Below are positions 57,000-64,000 of a DNA stretch of 64,000 bases, piece by piece; the stretch's first letter is position 1, and each line of letters opens with the position of its first letter. The position numbers and the translations under genes are program-made. Origin of the DNA: an uncultured Candidatus Binatia bacterium (GTDB lineage: Bacteria; Desulfobacterota; Binatia; UBA9968; JAJDTQ01). Below the pieces are notes generated by a model. It did not search any database, was not told the DNA's origin, and worked only from the letters and a program-made list of their open reading frames with translations. The DNA is taken from contig OZ243916.1 in NCBI GenBank assembly GCA_965213675.1, positions 608,001-672,000 on the forward strand. The letters run 5' to 3'.

Positions 57000-58409
57000 T
57001 CATACGGCGTTGGCCGCCTTGTAATGGTCCTGCAGCACCCGTGCCACGCAACCGGTGAGGCGGACGCCGGTTTCGATGTGCAGAAATTCGTTGGGGCCGT
57101 GGGCGTTGGACCCGGGGCCCAACACGCCGGTGATCATGAATTGCGCTTGCGGGAATTTCTTCGCCAGCATGGCCATGAACGGGATGGTGCCGCCTTCCCC
57201 GGTGGCGCAGGCGTCCTTGCCGAAGAACTCGCGGGACGCGCGGTTCAAGGAGTCTTCCAGCCACGGCAGGAACGGCGGCGCGTTCCAGCCGGCAGCGCCC
57301 TGGCCGGTGTCGAAGGTCACCCGGGCGCCGTAGGGCGGTTGCGGTGTCAACGTGTCGCGAAGGCACGTCACGGCGGCGCGGGCATCGGCGGTGGGAGGGA
57401 GGCGCAGGGACAGCTTGACCCGCGTCTCCGGGCGCAGGACATTGCCGGCCTGCTCCAGGGCCGGGAGTCCGGCCGCGCCGATGATCTCGAGCTGCGGCCG
57501 CCAGGTGCGGTTCAGCAGCAATTCGGCGGGATCGTCGGCCGGCGGCGTGGTGCCGGGTTGGAAGGGGTAGCCCTGGTGCAATCCCGCGCCGAGCACTTCT
57601 GCCGCTACCTTGGCCTGCGCAAGCCGGTCGGGCGGGATCTCCACGTGTAGGCCCGACGGCAGGATCCGTCCGGTGTCCTCGTCTTCCAGGCGACTCAGGA
57701 GGCGCCGGAGGACTCGGAAGCTCGACGGCACGATACCGCTGGCGGCGCCGGAATGAACCCCCTCGGTAAGGGTCGATACCGACAGGGTGGCGTTGATCAC
57801 ACCCCTGAGCGAGGTGGTGACCCACATGCGCTCGTAGTCGCCGCACCCGGAGTCCAGGCACACCACCAGGTCCGGCGTGCCGATGCGGTGCGCCAGCGCG
57901 TCGACGTAGTGGGGGAGATCGTAGCTCCCGCTCTCCTCGCAGGCTTCGATCATGACGACGCAACGGGCGCAGGGTATGGACTCGAGCTGCAGCGCCTTCA
58001 CCGCGGTCAGGGCCGCGAACATGCCGTAGCCGTCGTCCGCGCCGCCGCGGCCGTAGAGCTTGCCGTCTTCCACAACCGGCGTCCACGGTCCCAGGCCCGG
58101 GCGCCATCCCTCCATGGGCGGCTGCTTGTCGAGGTGGCCGTAGAGCAGCACCGTCCCTTGGCCGGCGCCGGGTATCTCCATGAGCAGGAGCGGCGTTCGC
58201 CCCTCGGCCCGGGCCACGTGAAGCTCCAGGCCCGGAATGTCCTGGGCCGCGGCCCAGCCCGTGAACAGTTCCACCGCCCGGTCCATGTGCCCGTGCTCCC
58301 GCCACTGCGCGTCGAAGGCCGGCGACTCGTTGGGGATGGCGATGTACTCCTTCAAAGCGGGAACGATGCTGTCCCGCCATGTGTCGCGCATGAATGGTTG
58401 CATTGACAT
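57000..58409 (-). CDS. M20 family dipeptidase-like metallopeptidase
   Basis: YGHLDKQP, GRGGADDG, CEESGS, GEGGTIPFM, SNAHGPNE; ATG 58409 after ggagg. Confidence 0.9.
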   Translation of the reverse strand: MSMQPFMRDTWRDSIVPALKEYIAIPNESPAFDAQWREHGHMDRAVELFTGWAAAQDIPGLELHVARAEGRTPLLLMEIPGAGQGTVLLYGHLDKQPPMEGWRPGLGPWTPVVEDGKLYGRGGADDGYGMFAALTAVKALQLESIPCARCVVMIEACEESGSYDLPHYVDALAHRIGTPDLVVCLDSGCGDYERMWVTTSLRGVINATLSVSTLTEGVHSGAASGIVPSSFRVLRRLLSRLEDEDTGRILPSGLHVEIPPDRLAQAKVAAEVLGAGLHQGYPFQPGTTPPADDPAELLLNRTWRPQLEIIGAAGLPALEQAGNVLRPETRVKLSLRLPPTADARAAVTCLRDTLTPQPPYGARVTFDTGQGAAGWNAPPFLPWLEDSLNRASREFFGKDACATGEGGTIPFMAMLAKKFPQAQFMITGVLGPGSNAHGPNEFLHIETGVRLTGCVARVLQDHYKAANAV

Positions 58410-58443
58410 CCTGTTCAACCTCCACCGGCAAGCCCGCAAGCTG

Positions 58444-58603
58444 GGAGCTTGCGCCGCAGAAATTCACCGCTGCAATCCGCTCTCATCCGTGCCTTCGGCC
58501 ACTCGACTGCGCCACATAGGCTTTGAAATTCTCCTCGATCCACCGGCCGAAGGGACGGCGATAGCGAATTTTCCCCTTCGCGAGTTCCTGCGGCGCAAGC
58601 TTC
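58444..58603. repeat. REP-like palindrome family 1 copy with nested internal hairpin
   Basis: ggagcttgcgccgcag ... ctgcggcgcaagcttc; inner arms ccgtgccttcggcc / ggccgaagggacgg. Confidence 0.75.
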
Positions 58604-58670
58604 TGGCCGGACGAGGCGCCGATCCAACCCGACGTTCGCCCGGCCGCGGCTCGGAAGCTGGCTTGGATCG

Positions 58671-59837
58671 TCATGCCTCCGGGGACGAGAAGCGCTCGAT
58701 TTCCACGTGGTCCGCTCCCAAGGCCGCCAGTTCGTCGAGGTCCAGTGCCGCCTCGGCCTCGCGCACCCCGCGCAACGTGGCTTTCACCGCGGGATGGCGC
58801 GGTACGAATAGCTGGCAACAGTCCTGATCGGGCAGGATCGACGTCTCGAAGGTGCCGATCTGCATGGCCTCGTCGATGATTTCCTGCTTGTCCATGCCCA
58901 CCAGGGGACGCAGCACCGGGAGCCACGAGGCCTCCTCGATCACGGCGATGTTGGGCAGCGTCTGGGACGCCACCTGCGCCAGGCTCTCGCCGGTAACCAG
59001 CGCCCGGGCGCGTTCCCGGACCGCGATGATCGAGGCGATGCGAAGCATCATGCGACGATAGATCACCACCCGCAGGGGACGCAGCACCGCGGCCACGATG
59101 CGCCGCTGAATCTCGCCGAAGGGCACCAGATAGAGCTTGGAGTGGAACTGGTGTCGGGTGAGCCTGCGCACCAGCGCCGTGGCCTTTTCCTGAGAAGACC
59201 GGTCAAGAAACGGACTGCTGTGGAAATGGACGTAGATGAGACGGCATCCGCGCTTCATCATGCGGTAGGAAGCCACGGGTGAATCGATGCCGCCCGAGAT
59301 GAGGGAGACGAGACGCCCGCTGGCGCCCACGGGAAGCCCGCCTGGACCGGGCACTCGCCCGAGGCTCACGAACGCGCTCGACGGAAGAACCTCGATGGCC
59401 ACCGTCAGTTCGGGGTTGGTGAGGTCCACCCGGGCGCCGGACCGTGCCTGGACGGCTGCGCCCAACTCCCGGTTGATGTCGTTGGACGTGAGCGGGAAAC
59501 GCTTGTCCACTCGCCTGGCCGCGATGCGAAAAGAGTCGAAGGAGCGCCCGTCGATGGCTGCAAGGACATGGTCCTGCAGCGCGGCCATGTCGTTGTCCGT
59601 GCGCTCCACCAGAGAGAAGTTGGCAATGCCGAAGACCCCGGCCAGCCGCCCGGTCACTTCGTCCGCCGGCACCTCGTGGTTGAAGTTCAGCAGCAGCCGC
59701 GACGACGCATTGCGAATCTCCTTGAGTCCCAGCCCACGGAGCGCCGCGCTGATGTTCTTCTTCAAGTGTTCCACGAACCAGGCGCGGTTGCCGCGCTTCA
59801 GCGCGATCTCGTGGTATCTGACCAAGGCCGAGCGCAT
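58671..59837 (-). CDS. thiI: tRNA 4-thiouridine synthase (short form, no C-terminal rhodanese)
   Basis: YHEIALKRGNR, THUMP domain, SGGIDSPVA PP-loop, GESLAQVASQT, DCC. Confidence 0.93.
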   Translation of the reverse strand: MRSALVRYHEIALKRGNRAWFVEHLKKNISAALRGLGLKEIRNASSRLLLNFNHEVPADEVTGRLAGVFGIANFSLVERTDNDMAALQDHVLAAIDGRSFDSFRIAARRVDKRFPLTSNDINRELGAAVQARSGARVDLTNPELTVAIEVLPSSAFVSLGRVPGPGGLPVGASGRLVSLISGGIDSPVASYRMMKRGCRLIYVHFHSSPFLDRSSQEKATALVRRLTRHQFHSKLYLVPFGEIQRRIVAAVLRPLRVVIYRRMMLRIASIIAVRERARALVTGESLAQVASQTLPNIAVIEEASWLPVLRPLVGMDKQEIIDEAMQIGTFETSILPDQDCCQLFVPRHPAVKATLRGVREAEAALDLDELAALGADHVEIERFSSPEA

Positions 59838-59920
59838 TTTCGAGAGATAGCAGATTCCCGCCGGCTTTTGCACGCGGCCTGCCTGTGATATTATGCCGGC
59901 CAGTTGGGAGGCGCCGTTTC

Positions 59921-60247
59921 ATGGACGTGTTCAAAAAGGTATCCGAGATCACGCAGTTCTCGGCCGAGAAGATGAAAAAGAACGGTGTCTTTGCCACCGG
60001 GCACCTGTGCTGCGACGTCTATTGCTTCGAGTCGGGCCAGGCGCAAAAGGTGCATACACACCAGGACACGGACAAGGTCTACTTCGTGCTCGAAGGCAAG
60101 GGCGTTTTCCACGTGGCCGGAGTGCAGCGGGAACTGGGCAGGGACGAGGCCGTGCTGGCGCCGTCGGGCGCACCCCACGGCGTGGAGAACCCCGGTCCGG
60201 AGCGGCTCAAGGTCCTGGTGGTGATGGCGCCGCCCCCGCGCCATTGA
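59921..60247 (+). CDS. Cupin domain protein
   Basis: HTHQDTDKVYFVLEG, PSGAPHGVEN. Confidence 0.85.
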   Translation: MDVFKKVSEITQFSAEKMKKNGVFATGHLCCDVYCFESGQAQKVHTHQDTDKVYFVLEGKGVFHVAGVQRELGRDEAVLAPSGAPHGVENPGPERLKVLVVMAPPPRH

Positions 60248-60379
60248 GGCGCTTGGGGTGAACGGGCAGGGTGGCGTGACCCGTCATTGACAGGAAGGCG
60301 GAAAACCGGCTTGCTCATTCAGGACGTTGCCAGTCGCCACATCACGGGGCGTCCTGCCCTGCGCTGCCTTGATCCGATC

Positions 60380-60510
60380 CAGGCCTGTTCGAAAGTTGCG
60401 GTTGCCGGGCGCCAACGCCGGATATGGCGCGGTTATGAGATGCTTTTCAGTGCCGGAGGCCATGGACGGGCGCGTGATGAGCCGTCAACCGGGACTTTTG
60501 AATGTCCCTG
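60380..60510. mobile_element. MITE/IS remnant with CAGG...CCTG ends and 10-bp target duplication (ISAs1-like)
   Basis: tgatccgatc at 60370-60379 and 60511-60520; imperfect IRs caggcctgttcgaaagtt / gacttttgaatgtccctg. Confidence 0.65.
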
Positions 60511-60529
60511 TGATCCGATCCCTCCTGCT

Positions 60530-60555
60530 GTCATTCCCGCGAAAGCGGGAATCCA
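60530..60555. repeat. REP-like palindrome family 2 (GTCATTCCCGCGAAAGCGGGAATCCA)
   Basis: Hairpin attcccgc-gaaa-gcgggaat, a widely distributed REP-type motif. Confidence 0.75.
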
Positions 60556-60574
60556 CGGGTGGGGGAGGTAGCCC

Positions 60575-60991
60575 ATGACTGCCGAAGATCCGGTAAACGA
60601 AGTCAACCGGCGTTTCTACGAGGCGTTCGAAAGCCTCGACCTCAAGCGCATGGAAGGCATCTGGCTGCGCGAGGACTACATCCAGTGCGTCCATCCCGGC
60701 TGGGCGCTGCTCACCGGCTGGGACACCATCATGGAAAGCTGGAAGCGCATTTTCGAGAACACCCAGGAAATGCGCTTCGCCCTGACGGACGTGCGGGTTC
60801 GGGCGCAGGGCGGGCTCGCTTGGGTCACTTTGTACGAGAACCTGAACTCCACGCTGGAAGGTCAGAGCAACGCGGCCGTGGTGCTCGCCACCAACATCTT
60901 CGAAGAGCGCCCGGAAGGCTGGTTCATGGTCCACCACCACGGCTCGCCGGTGATGATGCGCCAACCGGAGCCGCATCCCACCGTTCAGTGA
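60575..60991 (+). CDS. SnoaL/NTF2-like family protein
   Basis: NRRFYEAFE, CVHPGW..GW..SW, ATNIF..W.MVHHHGS. Confidence 0.88.
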   Translation: MTAEDPVNEVNRRFYEAFESLDLKRMEGIWLREDYIQCVHPGWALLTGWDTIMESWKRIFENTQEMRFALTDVRVRAQGGLAWVTLYENLNSTLEGQSNAAVVLATNIFEERPEGWFMVHHHGSPVMMRQPEPHPTVQ

Positions 60992-61722
60992 CACCCCTCC
61001 AGGACAAGGTCTGCATCGTCACTGGCGCGGGCCGGGGCATCGGCCGGGCCATTGCGCTTGCCGCCGCGGCGCACGGTTGTCGCGTGGTGCTGGCCGCACG
61101 GAGCGCGGATCAGTTGGATGAGGTTCAGTCGGCCATCGCGGAGCGTGGCGGACAGGCGTCTCCTTTCCGCGCCGATCTGTCCCGCGACGAGGAACTCACC
61201 GCCCTTGTGCAGCATACCATCGACCGCTTCGGCACGGTCGATTTCCTGGTGAACAACGCGGGTTGGGGCGTCAAGGCCAGTGTGGTCAAAAGCAAGGTGG
61301 AGGACTGGGAGCGGACCTTCCGTGTCAATCTGCTGGCGCCCATGATCCTGAGCCGTCTGGTGCTGCCCAACCTCATGGCCCGGAAGACCGGCGCCATCGT
61401 CAATGTGTCCTCGATCTCGGGCCGGGTGGGCCAAGCTGGTTCCGCGGCCTATGCCGCTTCCAAGTTCGGGCTCATCGGCTTCAGTCAGTCTTTGTTCGAG
61501 GAGGTGCGGGAGCACGGCATCAAGGTCGCCGCCATCCTGCCCGGCTTCGTCGACACCGGAATGATTCCGCCGGTCAGGCACCTGGATCGCTCCCGGATGA
61601 TCCAGCCGGTGGACGTGGCTGAAGCCGTGCTCTTCGTCCTGACCGCGCCGCCCACGGTCTGCCCCGTGGAAATCACGGTACGCCCGCAACGCACCCCGTA
61701 CCGCCAGGGGCTTGCGCCGTAG
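60988..61722 (+). CDS. SDR family oxidoreductase
   Basis: TGAGRGIG, LVNNAG, YAASK; GTG overlapping the upstream stop. Confidence 0.9.
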   Translation: MTPLQDKVCIVTGAGRGIGRAIALAAAAHGCRVVLAARSADQLDEVQSAIAERGGQASPFRADLSRDEELTALVQHTIDRFGTVDFLVNNAGWGVKASVVKSKVEDWERTFRVNLLAPMILSRLVLPNLMARKTGAIVNVSSISGRVGQAGSAAYAASKFGLIGFSQSLFEEVREHGIKVAAILPGFVDTGMIPPVRHLDRSRMIQPVDVAEAVLFVLTAPPTVCPVEITVRPQRTPYRQGLAP

Positions 61723-61772
61723 GAATTCGCAAAATCGAATTTGCAGCCGTGAATCCCTACGGCGCAAGCTCC
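61707..61772. repeat. REP-like palindrome family 1 copy overlapping the SDR stop codon
   Basis: ggggcttgcgccgtagg ... cctacggcgcaagctcc. Confidence 0.75.
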
Positions 61773-61854
61773 TGGACTGAAACTGAAACGGCATCCCCGC
61801 GGTAGCAGGAATGCCGTTTGGCAGTGCCCGGATACGTGTCCTTCGGACGAATGC

Positions 61855-63027
61855 TCAGGCGGCTCCCTGAATGTTGCAGAACTCCTCGTAGTCGATGAGT
61901 TCGTGGATGGTGGGCGTGTCCCCGCACATGGGGCACTCGGGGTCTTGCCGCAGGCGGAGCGTGTTGATCTCCATGGTCAGGGTGTTGAAGTGAAGCAGCC
62001 GGCCGGCCAGGGACTCGCCCTTGTCCAGGATCAGCTTGATGGTCTCCACCGCCTGGATGGTGCCGATGAGACCGGGGAGGACGCCCAGCACACCCGCCTC
62101 GGCGCAACTCGGCGCCATGCCCGGAGGAGGGGGTTCGGGATAGAGGCAGCGGTAGCAGGGGCCGTTCCCGGGATGGAATACGGATACCTGCCCCTCGAAC
62201 TGGAAGATGCTGCCGTGGACGTTGGGCTTGCCGGTCATCACGCAGGCGTCGTTCACCAGGTAGCGGGTGGGGAAGTTGTCGCAGCCGTCCACCACGATGT
62301 CGTAGTCCTTGATGATCTCCATGATGTTGTCGGAACTCAGGCGCTCGGGAATGGCGATCACATTGACGTCGGGGTTCAACCCCTGGAGCGTCCGCCGCGC
62401 CGACTCGGTCTTGGGCTCGCCGATGCGGTCGTTGGTGTGGAGGATCTGGCGCTGCAGGTTGGACAGGTCCACCACGTCGTGATCGACGATCCCCATGGTG
62501 CCCACCCCGGCCGCGGCCAGGTAATATGCAGACGGCGAACCCAGCCCGCCGGCCCCCACCATCAGCACCCGGGCGTCGAGCAGTTTGGCCTGTCCCTCCT
62601 CGCCGACCTCGGGCAGCAGGAAGTGGCGGCTGTAGCGCGTAAGCTGTTCCTGGGAGAACTGCCGATCCTGCACGAAGTCGTAGCCCTCGTTCTTCCACGC
62701 CGTGTAGCCGCCTGACATGGAGGTCACGTCGTCGTAACCCATTTCCTTCATCACCTTGCCGGCGAGAAGGGACCGCACCCCGCCGGCGCAGTAGGCGATG
62801 ATGGGCGTGGACTTGTCGGGCACCTCGGCATCCACCTTCATCTCCAGGAAGCCCCGCGGCACCGACACCGCGTTTTTCAGGTGTCCGTCGCGGTATTCCT
62901 CTTTCTCACGAACGTCGAGGACAACGTGCTGGCCGTCGTTCCGCAGCACGTTCTGCACCTCCTGCGGAGACAGTTCCTTCACGACGCCGCGCGCCTCGTC
63001 CATCAACTGCTGGAATGTCTTGGCCAT
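61855..63027 (-). CDS. moeB: N-terminal rhodanese + MoeB/ThiF adenylyltransferase
   Basis: CAGGVRS rhodanese loop; RYSRH, GAGGLGS, SNLQRQ, CYRC, SCAEAGVLG, CPMC. Confidence 0.9.
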   Translation of the reverse strand: MAKTFQQLMDEARGVVKELSPQEVQNVLRNDGQHVVLDVREKEEYRDGHLKNAVSVPRGFLEMKVDAEVPDKSTPIIAYCAGGVRSLLAGKVMKEMGYDDVTSMSGGYTAWKNEGYDFVQDRQFSQEQLTRYSRHFLLPEVGEEGQAKLLDARVLMVGAGGLGSPSAYYLAAAGVGTMGIVDHDVVDLSNLQRQILHTNDRIGEPKTESARRTLQGLNPDVNVIAIPERLSSDNIMEIIKDYDIVVDGCDNFPTRYLVNDACVMTGKPNVHGSIFQFEGQVSVFHPGNGPCYRCLYPEPPPPGMAPSCAEAGVLGVLPGLIGTIQAVETIKLILDKGESLAGRLLHFNTLTMEINTLRLRQDPECPMCGDTPTIHELIDYEEFCNIQGAA

Positions 63028-63074
63028 GTTCTCTCCCCGGCGGCTGGCCGGCGCATGCTCGTTACGTAAACCCG

Positions 63075-63155
63075 GGAGCTTGCGCCGCAGAAACTCACGG
63101 CTGCGAGTCCCACGACTGCAAATCCGCTTTCGCGAATACCTGCCGCGCAAGCTCC
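63075..63155. repeat. REP-like palindrome family 1 copy
   Basis: ggagcttgcgccgcag ... ctgccgcgcaagctcc; interior matches the reverse complement of the 61707 copy. Confidence 0.75.
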
Positions 63156-63261
63156 AACGGAGCCGTCGTGGGCTCCGACAACTCCCCTGGAAAAAACTCG
63201 TTCTCGTTATTCCATTCTAACCGACTATGGCCTTGAATCAAGTCGCAGATCGTTCAGTCGT

Positions 63262-64000
63262 TCAGTTCAGCCGGTAGAAGCGGTTGGCGTTGTCCGCCAG
63301 GATCTTCCGCTTTGCGGTGTCGGAAACGTCCTCCCTGGCGCACAGCTCGGGGATATCCTTCAGGTATTCGTCGCGCGGCCGCTCGTGGGGATAGTCCGAG
63401 GCGAAGAAGATGTGATCTTCGCCGAAGAGTTCGATGACGAAGGGCAGGGTGCGCTCCTCCGACTCCACCGAGACGTACACGCTGCCGCTCTTGATGTAGT
63501 GGCTGGGGGAATGCTTCAACCGGGGCGCCCACTTCGCGCCGCGCCGCTCATAGCCCTCGTCCAGCCGGTCCATCATGAACGGTACCCAGCCGGCGCCGGC
63601 CTCCAGGTAGGCCACCCGCAGCTCCGGGAACAACTCGTACACCCCCTGGAACACCATGTTGGTCAGGTGGATCAGCAGGGGAATGGGGTGCTCCAGCGCG
63701 TGGACTTCGGCGAACGTGTCGAGGTAGTCGAATCCCAGGCCCCGGCTGGGCGCGCCGTGGATGGCCAGGGCCATGTCCAGGCGGCAGGCTTCCTCGTAGA
63801 TGGGGAAGAAGCTCTCGTGGCCGTAACCCTTGCCCAGGGAGTTCACCGAGGGGAGCACCGCGGCGGGCATGCCCAGTTCTTCCCTGGCGTAACGCATTTC
63901 CTGGACCGCGTCCGCCACGCTGTGCACCGGGATCAGCGCTGCGCCCAACACCCTGGACGTCTTGTCCATGTAGTAGCGGTGCAGCCAGGTATTGTAGGCG
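63262..64000 (-). CDS. Amidohydrolase_2 family protein (5' part outside the window)
   Basis: YNTWL at the window edge, LEAGAGW, FASDYPHE. Confidence 0.88.
   Translation of the reverse strand, partial: AYNTWLHRYYMDKTSRVLGAALIPVHSVADAVQEMRYAREELGMPAAVLPSVNSLGKGYGHESFFPIYEEACRLDMALAIHGAPSRGLGFDYLDTFAEVHALEHPIPLLIHLTNMVFQGVYELFPELRVAYLEAGAGWVPFMMDRLDEGYERRGAKWAPRLKHSPSHYIKSGSVYVSVESEERTLPFVIELFGEDHIFFASDYPHERPRDEYLKDIPELCAREDVSDTAKRKILADNANRFYRLN

Overview
High-GC bacterial chromosomal window. The gene style (several TctC/Bug binding proteins, amidohydrolase_2 enzymes, phthalate-dioxygenase-type Rieske alpha subunits) is reminiscent of Binatia-like Deltaproteobacteria, possibly host-associated; this is an inference only. 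The left arm (1-26.5 kb) holds a DUF1302/DUF1329 pair, aromatic/organosulfur catabolic genes, an ABC importer, fbp-fbaB, an output-less Cache-HAMP receptor, a degenerate AlbA_2/HATPase protein and an NCS2 permease fused to an RsbW-like pseudokinase. Next to tRNA-Met lies a 20.7-kb gene for a 6911-aa Calx-beta-like repeat adhesin with an unusually long C-terminal beta-barrel. Its core consists of near-identical 348-bp and 714-bp mosaic repeats with a sharp switch to G-ending codons. The right arm has an MDR/amidohydrolase/tctBCA operon, pgsA-tRNA-Gly followed by an att-like duplication and an archaeal-type RdgB, then thiI and moeB. Intergenic DNA carries two MITE-like elements (IS630-like and ISAs1-like ends) and two dispersed REP-like palindrome families. 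No CRISPR array, rRNA, integrase or transposase was seen. All calls come from reading the sequence; no database searches were run.
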